This document shows, piece by piece, positions 47,063-57,105 of a stretch of 64,000 nucleotides of DNA (positions within the stretch are counted from its first letter, which is position 1; every line of letters begins with the position of its first letter). The stretch lies in the IMG/VR virus record IMGVR_UViG_2831870349_000001; one strand, written 5' to 3'. Below the pieces are notes generated by a model. The model did no database searches. It was not told the origin of the DNA and worked only from the letters and a program-made list of their open reading frames with translations. The position numbers and the translations under genes are program-made. The DNA comes from a virus. Its lineage: Duplodnaviria; Caudoviricetes.

Positions 47063-47515
47063 ATGGTACTTATAGGAATGCCGGATGCGGCGACAAAGGC
47101 CGGAGTTTCGCGCTCAAGTATAAAAAGGGCTTTGGAGAATGCAGGAGTAAACCTTCACAAGATCAATGAGCGAGCATGGGCAGTCGAAGAGACAGACTTA
47201 CAAGCCTATCTTGAACGGCGAGGTGGGTCGTTGGAGCGCGGGCGGCCCGCAGGGTCACCTAATCGCTTGAGAAAGGGACATGCCCCATCACATCTGCGTG
47301 ACGCGTTCTGTGAATGGTGCGACTTGACTGAGGAATCCAGTGTTGTGGAAGTGGGCGGAGAAGACAAGCCTATTCGTTGGCTGCTTGGTCGTCTGTGGAA
47401 CTGTACAGATGTATTGGCGGCGGTGTATTGCCAAAACCTAGAGATCCCAGTAGGCTCGACTTACGCGGTTGCGGTACGCGATGTGATGTCTAAACTGGGC
47501 GAAGAAGCAGAATAA
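47063..47515 (+). CDS. Excisionase/MerR-like HTH regulator with RGRP hook
   Basis: DAATKAGVSRSSI; RGRPAGS; TG-n-TATAAT just upstream. Confidence 0.65.
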   Translation: MVLIGMPDAATKAGVSRSSIKRALENAGVNLHKINERAWAVEETDLQAYLERRGGSLERGRPAGSPNRLRKGHAPSHLRDAFCEWCDLTEESSVVEVGGEDKPIRWLLGRLWNCTDVLAAVYCQNLEIPVGSTYAVAVRDVMSKLGEEAE

Positions 47516-47604
47516 CGGCAGCCAAAGTTCGTAGGCTCTCCTAAAATGACGAATTTTTGAAGCTTCTCCCAGAATAGCGCGATACTGACACCAATACAAG
47601 AAAA

Positions 47605-47638
47605 CGAGCCTCGGCAACTGCCGAGGCTCTTGTTGTTT
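47605..47638 (+). terminator. Intrinsic terminator
   Basis: GAGCCTCGGCA-AC-TGCCGAGGCTC followed by TTGTTGTTT. Confidence 0.65.
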
Positions 47639-47709
47639 CCGATTGATTAATTCCCAGGCGCCAGGACTCAAAGGATTGCGTTCAGTTCTCCTGTGAAAGT
47701 GTATTCCAT

Positions 47710-49821
47710 ATGTCATTCGAGACGATGCTGACGCGCGCAATTCTTCAGGACGATTTCAGCCCGGTCCTGCGGAAAATTGCAAATAATCAAGACGAATTCG
47801 CCGGCAAGACCGCTCGCCTGAATGCCATGGGGAATGTTTTCCTGGGCGCAGGGTCAGCCGCTCTCGCGTTTGGCGTGAAGTCCATCAAAGTTGCAGGCCA
47901 GCTCGATGAGATCAAGAAGGCAATGGCGGCGGTCGAAGGCGCCCAAAAGGCTGCGTTTGATCTCGACTTCGCCCAGAAGTACGGTCTGGCTTCCAAGGCG
48001 ACATACCTCGAAATCAGTCAGGCCGCCCAGTCGCTCGTTCTTCATCAGATGAGTGTCAAGGATAATCTGAAGGACATCGCCGACCTTGCGGCGGCAACCG
48101 GGAAGCCTCTTCAGGAAGTGGCGAATCTGTGGGAGCGTCTCCAGACTGGGCGAACGGGATCCGCGCTCGGACAGCAAGGCTTCCCTCGCCTTGGCATCAG
48201 TACAGCGGCAGTCTTTGAGGCGGCCGGGTTACCGTATAAGCCAGGACAAACCGTTCAAGGCAAAATTACCCCGGAGCAGGCGTTTGCGGCGATCCGTTCG
48301 ATTATGGCCAAGCGCGGGGATACCGGTCTCGACGAGAAACTATCACGGACGACATTATCCGGCAGCTCCTCCATGATCGAAGACTCGATCACCGGTCTTC
48401 AGGCGAATCTAGGAGCGGCGAAGCTAACCACAACGATCGCAATTCTCAACAAGGTTGCGGATTCCATCAATAATGTGTCTGACGCAATAAAAAACGTTCC
48501 TGGCGCTGGAGACAAATTCCTCGGTATGGCCGCCGGACTGATCGCGGTGGGGACCGCGCTCAAAATCGCGAGCTCTCTTCGTGATTTCAGGACATCCGCC
48601 AACCTCGCGAAGATTGCCGCCGATTCCTCCGGCAAAGGATTCAAAGGTCTTGCCGGAGCCAAAAAACTTGCAGAAATCGCCGCGAAGGACGAGAACAAAG
48701 CAGAGATCGATAAGCTCGGCACTCTGGATAAAGAAAAAGGCGAACTCGGCAGCACCATTACGAGATGGCAGGCTCTCAAGAACCTGCTTGCCTCTATGCC
48801 TGGAAAGATCGGCTTCATGGGCGCGGCGGAGGGGGCGACCGGCCGAATCGCGAAAATGGGCGGCTTCGGGCTCAAAGGAACCGGCGCCCTCGTTCCCGGT
48901 CTCATCGGCGGGGCGATACTCGCAACTCCTGCGATCATGGCGGCCGTCGGCGCATACAAAATCCTCGGCGAGCAGATGGCCGAGAACGACGCAAAGCTGC
49001 GCGGGGACGGCGTCACGGATCTATCCGCCCAGATCAACCGTATGGCCGACCTGCGCAAGAAGTTGCGCGATCATCCTAATGATCCGAAGCTTCTGCGTGA
49101 GATGGCCCAGACGCATGACATGTTCATGCGTCTGGGCGGCGCGCCGCAGCGCGCCGCGATGAAAGCCAAGGCAGCCGCTGAGGCGAAGACTGCTGGCGAC
49201 ATGTCGAAAGCCGATGCCGCCACTCGCGCCAAGGAAGCCGCCGGCGAGGCCGCGAACAAATACGAACTGCCGGCGGACCTCCAATACAACATCAAGCACG
49301 ATGAGCGCGAGCTCGCGCTCCTGAAGGACCAGCACGCCACCCAGCAGCAAATGAACGCCGCGAAGGCGACCGAGATCGCGCACCTCATGAAGGCGCATGA
49401 CCTGCTGCTGGCGAACGCCAAGCTCGCCACCGACGATCGAGCGAAATACAAGCTGCTGGACGAGGCGGAAGAGTTCCAACAAAAAGCGCGAATCGCCAAG
49501 ATCGCCGACAAACGCGATTTGATGGATCGAACGATCGCGACGATCATCGGCGGCGGCGGAATTTCCGACGACGAGGTCCTGAAGCGCACAGGTATTGGCC
49601 GGCGCTTCTTCCGTTCCCTCGGCGGCCCGGGGGCGAAGACGGCGGATCCCATGAAGGCTGCGCTCCTCCAGGCGGCGAAGCGACCAACCATCATTAACAT
49701 TTCCCTTGACGGCAAGGTTCGACAAACGCTCAAGCAGGAGACGGCTGACGAAGTGCTGGCGGTTCTCGCCACGATGTTCGGCGGCAGCACGACCGGCGGT
49801 CGCCTGGGCGCACAGCATTAA
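47710..49821 (+). CDS. Tape measure protein
   Basis: Ala/Gly/Lys-rich helical sequence, D.FS..L.KI start, DLAAA.GK, I.I.LDGK end. Confidence 0.85.
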   Translation: MSFETMLTRAILQDDFSPVLRKIANNQDEFAGKTARLNAMGNVFLGAGSAALAFGVKSIKVAGQLDEIKKAMAAVEGAQKAAFDLDFAQKYGLASKATYLEISQAAQSLVLHQMSVKDNLKDIADLAAATGKPLQEVANLWERLQTGRTGSALGQQGFPRLGISTAAVFEAAGLPYKPGQTVQGKITPEQAFAAIRSIMAKRGDTGLDEKLSRTTLSGSSSMIEDSITGLQANLGAAKLTTTIAILNKVADSINNVSDAIKNVPGAGDKFLGMAAGLIAVGTALKIASSLRDFRTSANLAKIAADSSGKGFKGLAGAKKLAEIAAKDENKAEIDKLGTLDKEKGELGSTITRWQALKNLLASMPGKIGFMGAAEGATGRIAKMGGFGLKGTGALVPGLIGGAILATPAIMAAVGAYKILGEQMAENDAKLRGDGVTDLSAQINRMADLRKKLRDHPNDPKLLREMAQTHDMFMRLGGAPQRAAMKAKAAAEAKTAGDMSKADAATRAKEAAGEAANKYELPADLQYNIKHDERELALLKDQHATQQQMNAAKATEIAHLMKAHDLLLANAKLATDDRAKYKLLDEAEEFQQKARIAKIADKRDLMDRTIATIIGGGGISDDEVLKRTGIGRRFFRSLGGPGAKTADPMKAALLQAAKRPTIINISLDGKVRQTLKQETADEVLAVLATMFGGSTTGGRLGAQH

Positions 49822-49881
49822 ATTTGGCGCACACCAATTCATTACTAATTCATTATCGCCGCCTCCAGGAGCGCGTTTCTT

Positions 49882-52005
49882 ATGGCCCTCCTCATCCAGC
49901 TCGATATCGCCGGCAGTTTCGTGACCGAGGAGGGCTTCAGCGTCGTCCATGGTATGTCCTCTCCGGTCAAAATGGTGACGAAGAATGCCTGGATCCTGCC
50001 GAGCGGGCAAGGCGCCATCTTGAAGCCTATCAATTTTGAGGCGACCTGGCCGGCGGCGGCCGGCAAGACGAAACTAACCGACTTCACACTCGACAATACC
50101 GCCTGGGAGCAGATCAAACGCGGTGATAACAACGCGCTCTTCATGTCGAGTAAGGGAAACGCCTCCGGCACGCTGGTCTCGCCTCAGTTCGATCCGAACC
50201 AGGCCCTGTTCCTCGAAACCTTTGTTTACGGCGTTTCCGGGCAGCCGCTTGATGACTACCTGGTCTGCCAGTTCGGGCAATGGTTCAATCTCCATATCCA
50301 CGCCGACGGCACGGCGGATGTCGAGGACCTTCGGCCAGGGGCGCTACAGCAATTCCTGGCTGAGGATGTTCCGCTCGCCTCTGGCGGTCAGGACCTGATC
50401 GGCAAGCTGCTTCAGATCGCGATCATCCCATGGCGGCGCGGGCGGATCCTCTTTGTCACAAACCAGGGATCCTATTTTGAGGTCTCCTCTGGTACGCGTC
50501 CCGACACGAGCGACGCGCTGAAGGGGGCGCGAACACCCGGCGAGGACGTCTATTATGTCACGACGGAATCGGCGCAGGTCACGCTGACGCCTAATCCCGC
50601 CGTGCGCGCGTTGCTGACGATCAATACCTTGCGCAATATCGCAAATTCCGGCACGGTGGGCATTGTTCCGACCGCGACGCCGTACGCGCCAGTCGCCGGA
50701 CCGATCGAGGCGCGCGTCCAGGCGGAGATGCAGGACGGCTGCGCAGCCGTGCTCTCACTCAAGGACGGCGCCGGGAACGCCTATGCGCCGACTCCCATGA
50801 ACCGTCCCGAGCAGATCGCCTGGACCGTGACGATGACGGCGCCCAAGTCTACAGTGACGCCGCAGCTCTTCGGCGTCGATATCCGATTTGACCGCGGACT
50901 TGGTAATCGCGTCTACACGACGAATAATATCGGCTCTCCGCAGTCGGCGAATCTCACGCTCTCACGCGATCGCGGGCAAAAGTCCTTCAGTTTTACGCTC
51001 GACAACCCGAACGACCGCTGGACGAGCGTCAAGGACCTGTGGAACCGAAAGGTGAGGGTCTACCTTCAGCAGGATGGCGTGGACGCGGCCATGGCCGAGA
51101 TCTTCTCGGGATACTCGGACCCAGTGGAGTTTATCGACGGCCGGGACAGCAAGATCACCGTACCGTGCAGCGGCCGGCGCAAGATGCTGCGCTACTCGCT
51201 TCTCTCCGACTCGCAGCGCTTCGACGCGATGACGCACGCGAGCGCGGTTTACCGCATCCTCTACGACGCCGGCGTTGACCCGGCGGATATTATCGTCGAA
51301 GAGGATGGCGTGACGCTCGACGAGGCGGACTTCGGCGAAGAGCCGCTGTGGCGCCCAGCGAACGGCCAGAGCCGCGACGAGTTTATCCAGCACATCTGCG
51401 ATACCTTCAGCGGATATGTGTTCGACGATATCGGCGGACGGTTTTATTACTGCAGCCGCGACTACTTCACCCGCGCGGCGCTCGCCGGAACGATCTCTAT
51501 CCCGACGATCTACCAGCAGACGCCGATCGACACGCTCACGCAGATGCCGATCGCGGCCGCGCGCGGACCAAACCCCGCTATCATGGTAGCGCTTGCAAAC
51601 AGCGTCAAGCAGTCCGACGCCACGGAGCCGCTCGCGAACGACTTCTGGGTGCTGGGACGAGACGGGAAAACCGGAGAGATCGTCGCGGCGCACTACGTGG
51701 ACACGGATTCGATCAGTAACCGGACGGCGTTCAATTATGTCGGGGAGCGCCGCGTCTTTATTTACGCGACGGCGGCGATCGCATCGGTCGATTCCGCGCA
51801 GCGCACGCTCGGCGTGCTGGCCGCGCGCCTCTCGCAGCCGATCCGCCCGGTCTCCTTCGATCTACCCGACTATCAGATGTCTATTCCAATTGATGGACCG
51901 GTGAACATTGAGGGCTTCGGCCTCGCCCTGATCACGGAGATCGGCGGCGCGGAGTGGACCAATGACCGCTGGCGCCGGACATCCTACTCTGCCGAGCTTT
52001 TGTAG
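49882..52005 (+). CDS. Tail/baseplate hub-like protein
   Basis: SFTLDNP...F.GY pattern; follows the tape measure gene. Confidence 0.65.
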   Translation: MALLIQLDIAGSFVTEEGFSVVHGMSSPVKMVTKNAWILPSGQGAILKPINFEATWPAAAGKTKLTDFTLDNTAWEQIKRGDNNALFMSSKGNASGTLVSPQFDPNQALFLETFVYGVSGQPLDDYLVCQFGQWFNLHIHADGTADVEDLRPGALQQFLAEDVPLASGGQDLIGKLLQIAIIPWRRGRILFVTNQGSYFEVSSGTRPDTSDALKGARTPGEDVYYVTTESAQVTLTPNPAVRALLTINTLRNIANSGTVGIVPTATPYAPVAGPIEARVQAEMQDGCAAVLSLKDGAGNAYAPTPMNRPEQIAWTVTMTAPKSTVTPQLFGVDIRFDRGLGNRVYTTNNIGSPQSANLTLSRDRGQKSFSFTLDNPNDRWTSVKDLWNRKVRVYLQQDGVDAAMAEIFSGYSDPVEFIDGRDSKITVPCSGRRKMLRYSLLSDSQRFDAMTHASAVYRILYDAGVDPADIIVEEDGVTLDEADFGEEPLWRPANGQSRDEFIQHICDTFSGYVFDDIGGRFYYCSRDYFTRAALAGTISIPTIYQQTPIDTLTQMPIAAARGPNPAIMVALANSVKQSDATEPLANDFWVLGRDGKTGEIVAAHYVDTDSISNRTAFNYVGERRVFIYATAAIASVDSAQRTLGVLAARLSQPIRPVSFDLPDYQMSIPIDGPVNIEGFGLALITEIGGAEWTNDRWRRTSYSAELL

Positions 52006-52072
52006 GAGAGAGTTTTGATCTATATAGACAGGTATCCATAGTGAAAGATATCGATATTGACAGGCATCGATT

Positions 52073-52345
52073 ATGATCTACATTGACCCAGCGACAGCCA
52101 ACCGTCTGAACCGCAACATTCACCGTCAGGGGCCGCAGCATCCGGAGGCGCGCCGCGTCGTCGCGCGCGCAACCACGGCGGATATGAACCCGGTGACCGG
52201 GGCACACACGATCATGCACGGCGGGACGGACGGATCCCAGCGCCGGCAGACGACATCGCTCAATATCATTCTCTCGACCGGCGATCTCGGGAAGGCGTTT
52301 CACTGGGGCGTGGTGGGGTTTGGCTGGGGCGAGGGTGTTTTGTGA
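52073..52345 (+). CDS. Small tail protein
   Basis: Ends F.WGV.GFGWG.G. Confidence 0.5.
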   Translation: MIYIDPATANRLNRNIHRQGPQHPEARRVVARATTADMNPVTGAHTIMHGGTDGSQRRQTTSLNIILSTGDLGKAFHWGVVGFGWGEGVL

Positions 52346-52430
52346 GAAGGACTTGGACGAATCATATCGCACGGAGATCGATCATATCGCACGGGGACGG
52401 ATAGTAACGCACTGGGATGGATATTAAAAG

Positions 52431-55400
52431 ATGGCGATTATTCCACTCAATGATATCGTGACGTGGGAAGTGGAGTTCCAGTGGTCCGCCGCCGCGATCG
52501 GCTCCAATGCGAAGAAGGCGGAGCTCGATTTCGTTATTCTCAGCGTTAACCCGCCCTACACCTTCTTCATTCTCAGATACTTTCCCTATACAAACCAGTG
52601 CTTTATCGATTATTTCGGCCGCACCGTCGGCGGGGGGGAGATCACGCCTTCCGGCGCCGTGCGGCTCTCCTGGCAGGGACAGGACGTCTTCGACACGGCT
52701 TACGGAATCGATTCCTTTGGCCTGGTGCAGCAGCGGCATCGCCGGCTCGGCTACGGAGACCTCAGCATTAACGGCGTCACCTACCCGATGCCTGCGGTCT
52801 GGGACATGCCGGCTCCTCTCTTCTATTGCACACAGCTCTCGTGTGAGGGAAGCGCGAAGGTAGTCTCCTTTGGCCCCGAAGGCAGGATGATCAATTTTCG
52901 ATCCGCCTACGCGCAGTCCTACAGCTTTGCCGGCGTTTCGATTACCTCGTCGGCGGATGGGAGCTCCGGCTCCTTCTCGGGCGCCCCGCTGCCGATCATT
53001 GGAAATAATGACCCGCCGATCATCGTGCCTCAGACCTATCAGAACGGCAAGAATAACTACGCGCAGGGCGGAGGCGCCGGATACGTCATTGGCGGCGACC
53101 TGGAGCAGGGCGGCGTCCAGACCGTCGCCTTCTCGCCGTACGGCGTGCTGTATTCGTACGGGGTCACAAATCTCGATCTCGCGGTTATGGCCAGGGATTT
53201 TCTGGGGGAGCCCATTGAAGGCATGCCGGCGACGCTCGGCATGGCGCTGTATAACGGTACGGATAATAACCGCTACAACCGCGTCACCTTTCCGGACGCG
53301 CTCCATCCCGCATTGCCCAATCTGCCTGTATATACGGACGCCACAGGAAAAGCGCATATCCCGTCGTTTCTCGATCCATCCGGCATCACGGACGACGGCG
53401 GCGGCGGAAACCTGACGTACTATGGCGGATACCAGAAGCTCGCGGTCTTTTGCGCGGAGCACACGATCATTGCCGGCAAGAACGGTCTGCCGGGAATGGG
53501 GTGGCTGCACGATCACAACCTGGACTATGCCTACAACAATAACGATTATACGCATTCCATGAGCCGTGACCTCCAGGGGCACATCGTGATGCGCACAGAC
53601 GCGATGCTCGATATCTCGCGCGCTCCGTCGTTTTCGATTGACAACGGGACAACGCTTTGGAAAGGGCAGGCGGTTTCCGGGATCAACAACCCCGCCAAGG
53701 CCGCCGCCTGGCAAATCCAGACCATCGCCGGCGCGATGCAGTTCTCGTACCCGAAGTCAGCAGTCGCGAATGGCTATACCTACTCCGTACAGCGAGACCT
53801 CTTCGGGGACGTCGCGCGCCGGCGGGCTTTTCGCTGTTTTCGCTGGATGAAGGTACGCATCGCGGCGTCCACGGCGACGACAATCCGCCTGACTCTGCAA
53901 AACGACTCCGGCACGCTGTATTCGCCCGGCATCGCCTACAGCTGGACGATCACACTGGGCGCCGGAGAGAATACGCTCGATCTCGACCTGGTGCGCGGGG
54001 ATCAATATCCGTTCCACAACTATGTCGACCACCAGAAACTTCGCGGTACGATCCCCGCGATCACGCGCGACCCGTTTTACGCAACGTTCGACCAGATCGG
54101 TGAGCACCGCATCCGCTCCTATTCGGCGGGGCCAGACGCGGACTGGATCAAGGCGGAAGCGCGCACGCTGATCATCGATCAAATCACGCCGGGCGTTACC
54201 TACACACTGCGCGAGATCACGCTCCATGACCGCACCGACGGCAAGCGAACCGCGCAGCGCGCGGACGGGGGCATGATGGAGCCGGGCGGCTCGGCGTCCA
54301 TGACGGCGTACGAAAAGCCTGCTGTTCAAAACGTCCTGCGCGTGCTCGCGAATGGACGGCCCATCGCCTCCATCCCCGCCAGCGGCGACAACGGTCTATC
54401 CGCCGCCATTCCGACATTCGCCGACCTCGCCGCGCGCTGGATCGACACGCTCGATCAGGGCGCGGGCATCTGGAACGTGACGACGCTGAGCCCTTCGGCG
54501 AGCAAGATTCCGCTCGCCAGCATGGGGACGCCGACGCCAGTAACGGAAGTCGATGTCGCTGAGACGGGTTTTATCATCAACGCACGCGTTTCGACGCAGA
54601 CATTTGAGTTCGTCGCGGGCTTTGATGTGACGGTCTCCGCGCATGTCCCGGTCCTATTTGAGTTCGGGACACTGGTCGAAGGCGTCGTGCTCGACGCCAA
54701 TACAAGGAGCGCGCTCTCTGGAAAGTCCGTCGGTCTCGGGCTTGGCAGTCCGCCGGCGATCGAGCGAACCGTCACGACCGATGATGATGGCTACTTCGCT
54801 CTTCCCGGCGTGCGGCATCCCTACTCCTGGAACACCGGAAACATCGCGGCGGGCGCTCCGGTATTCCAGCCCGTTCCCTACGTCGTCCAGGAGACCGAGG
54901 ACCCTGTGCAGACGCTTCTGATGATTGAGGCGGCGAACGGTAACGAGTTCTTCTACTATGTGCTGGCGAACTCCGCGCCCGTCGGCGGCGGCGAACAGGA
55001 CCTCGCCCAGGACCATAGCCACGGACGGATTTACCGGATTTTTTCGGAGCAAGGCACATCGAACCTGACGGTCCACGTTCACGAAGGTCACGACGGGCTT
55101 CAGAACGCGCCGGTGCGCGCCGCGCCGATCACGGACAAAACCACGGGAGCGCTGCGCACCGGCTTCGCCCCTTCGATCTGGATCAAATCGGGGCAGAGTA
55201 CGGCGCTGGCCGCCTACCAGCGCGTCGCCGATAAGCAGGCGGTCCTTGCCAAAAGCGACGACGGACTTTTGACGCTGGGGGATGAAATGGCCCTGTTTTC
55301 CGCGCCTGGCGCGCTGCCGATGATCCTTCAGGACACCTCCTCGGGCGTTACGTTCGTATTTGGGGCGTTCATTGACGGCGCCAGCGCCACGGTGAAGGTT

Positions 55401-55601
55401 CTGCGCCTGGACAGCGCGCAGAACCTGATGACCTGGGCGGATGGAACCACGGAGAAGATCATCGGGACGGGGCTTCTCGCCGCCGGCCGCCCCGCCGCGA
55501 TCATGAACCGCTACGATCCGCGACAGCCGCTGAGCGTCCACTACGGGGACGCCCGCTTCCAGTCCACGGACGGCGGCGAGAACTGGACCCTTTTGACATG
55601 A
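52431..55601 (+). CDS. Large beta-rich tail protein
   Basis: 1056 aa; TTDDDGYF and STDGGENW (BNR) motifs. Confidence 0.7.
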   Translation: MAIIPLNDIVTWEVEFQWSAAAIGSNAKKAELDFVILSVNPPYTFFILRYFPYTNQCFIDYFGRTVGGGEITPSGAVRLSWQGQDVFDTAYGIDSFGLVQQRHRRLGYGDLSINGVTYPMPAVWDMPAPLFYCTQLSCEGSAKVVSFGPEGRMINFRSAYAQSYSFAGVSITSSADGSSGSFSGAPLPIIGNNDPPIIVPQTYQNGKNNYAQGGGAGYVIGGDLEQGGVQTVAFSPYGVLYSYGVTNLDLAVMARDFLGEPIEGMPATLGMALYNGTDNNRYNRVTFPDALHPALPNLPVYTDATGKAHIPSFLDPSGITDDGGGGNLTYYGGYQKLAVFCAEHTIIAGKNGLPGMGWLHDHNLDYAYNNNDYTHSMSRDLQGHIVMRTDAMLDISRAPSFSIDNGTTLWKGQAVSGINNPAKAAAWQIQTIAGAMQFSYPKSAVANGYTYSVQRDLFGDVARRRAFRCFRWMKVRIAASTATTIRLTLQNDSGTLYSPGIAYSWTITLGAGENTLDLDLVRGDQYPFHNYVDHQKLRGTIPAITRDPFYATFDQIGEHRIRSYSAGPDADWIKAEARTLIIDQITPGVTYTLREITLHDRTDGKRTAQRADGGMMEPGGSASMTAYEKPAVQNVLRVLANGRPIASIPASGDNGLSAAIPTFADLAARWIDTLDQGAGIWNVTTLSPSASKIPLASMGTPTPVTEVDVAETGFIINARVSTQTFEFVAGFDVTVSAHVPVLFEFGTLVEGVVLDANTRSALSGKSVGLGLGSPPAIERTVTTDDDGYFALPGVRHPYSWNTGNIAAGAPVFQPVPYVVQETEDPVQTLLMIEAANGNEFFYYVLANSAPVGGGEQDLAQDHSHGRIYRIFSEQGTSNLTVHVHEGHDGLQNAPVRAAPITDKTTGALRTGFAPSIWIKSGQSTALAAYQRVADKQAVLAKSDDGLLTLGDEMALFSAPGALPMILQDTSSGVTFVFGAFIDGASATVKVLRLDSAQNLMTWADGTTEKIIGTGLLAAGRPAAIMNRYDPRQPLSVHYGDARFQSTDGGENWTLLT

Positions 55602-56452
55602 GTCTCTATTTACCCGACATCCCTCTCGACAACCGGGCGAACAAGACGCTCTTTGGGAGCTCCATGCGCGCGATTGACCTTGTGCTGATCAAGGCGCTGG
55701 GCGCGGGCGTGATCTCGGGACTGACCGTGGACAACGCGGGAAACCTGCAAATCGGCGAGGCGGCGATCGGTCACGTGGTCGCCGTTACCGCGCCGATCTC
55801 CGTTATGACGACGTCATCAAATGTCGTCTCCGCCTGCGCCCCATCGGCGCTGAACTATGTGTTTCTCCAGATGCCGCCCATGCCGTCCGCCGTGCCAAGC
55901 GCCGGATCCGCCGCCGGCGTCGTCGGCGTGGACGGTCGGGACGCCGGGCAGATCGTCGTGAACACGAGCGGAGTCGCGCCGGCGAACGCCGCGCTGATCG
56001 CCACCGTGCAAACCGGCGCCGGGAACGCGGTTGTTGCGGTCAATAATGCGCCGACCGGGCGCAATAATCTGATCCTGCCCTCGCAGATCCAGGCCCAGAT
56101 CCAGGCGCTGCGCACGCGCGACCTATTTGTCTCCGGCGCTCTGCCTGTCCAGAATGGCATGATCCTCTGGCGTGTTCCGTCGGCGCTGACGATCACGCAG
56201 CTAAAAGCAAGCATCGTGGTGGCGCCGGTCGGAAGCGCGCAAATCTGGGACGTCAAGCGCAATGGTGTCTCCATCTTCTCGGTCTCGGGGAATCGCCTCT
56301 CGATCGCCGCCGGCGCGACTCAGGGCGCGTCCGCCGTCGCTGACAACGCCGCCACCTGCGCCGAGGGCGACATCATCAGCATTGACGTCACGCAGGCGGG
56401 ATCCACATCGCCCGCCGCCGGTTTCGCCGGCACTCTCTACTTCAAAGCGTAA
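55598..56452 (+). CDS. Tail fibre-like protein
   Basis: GVISGL.V; DV..NG.SI, GD...IDVTQ.GS motifs. Confidence 0.7.
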   Translation: MSLYLPDIPLDNRANKTLFGSSMRAIDLVLIKALGAGVISGLTVDNAGNLQIGEAAIGHVVAVTAPISVMTTSSNVVSACAPSALNYVFLQMPPMPSAVPSAGSAAGVVGVDGRDAGQIVVNTSGVAPANAALIATVQTGAGNAVVAVNNAPTGRNNLILPSQIQAQIQALRTRDLFVSGALPVQNGMILWRVPSALTITQLKASIVVAPVGSAQIWDVKRNGVSIFSVSGNRLSIAAGATQGASAVADNAATCAEGDIISIDVTQAGSTSPAAGFAGTLYFKA

Positions 56453-56523
56453 GCTTTCAAAGCCTGAATTTTCACAACTCGTCACCGGCCTTTCGCGGCC
56501 TCGTCCTCCCTCGGAGAACCCCT

Positions 56524-57078
56524 ATGGAAAACCTCACCGCCCTTGCGGCAATTAATTCGTGCGCCTCCGGCATTGCTGAAAGCGCTCGGTGGAGCGGCCG
56601 TTTTGAAGTCTTCAAATTTGACAATGACGCCCACGCCGCCGCCTGGGAAGCCCGCGAGGCGGAGCCGGTCGAAACCGTTTCAATGGATAATGTGTTCTTG
56701 CTGACTGGTCTGAACGAACTGTTTCGCATTGCCGTCGGTCAGAGCGCCAACACATTTACCCAGGCCAACACGCAAATTGGGGTAGGGGACAGCGCCACCG
56801 CCGCCTCGAACGCACAGACGGACCTTCTGGCGAGCTCTAACAAGACCTACGTCACCAGCGACGCCAGCGGCGGAATCACCGTCGGCGCAAGTGGCGGCAC
56901 AACCAATTCGCTGATCGTGCAGGCGACATTTGGGAGCGCGCAGGGCAACTATGCGTGGAATGAGATGTGCGTCAAGCACGGCGTCAGCGGCTTTGTGCTG
57001 AACCGTGCGGTGGGATCCCTTGGGACCAAGGCAGCGGGCACGACATGGATCGCGCGGGTGACGCTGTCGATTACATAA
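56524..57078 (+). CDS. Tail structural protein
   Basis: IGVGD..TA....QTDL, ATF....N.AWNE, LNR....GTK. Confidence 0.7.
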   Translation: MENLTALAAINSCASGIAESARWSGRFEVFKFDNDAHAAAWEAREAEPVETVSMDNVFLLTGLNELFRIAVGQSANTFTQANTQIGVGDSATAASNAQTDLLASSNKTYVTSDASGGITVGASGGTTNSLIVQATFGSAQGNYAWNEMCVKHGVSGFVLNRAVGSLGTKAAGTTWIARVTLSIT

Positions 57079-57105
57079 TCTGGAGCGTGATCGACAGCGT
57101 CAGAT

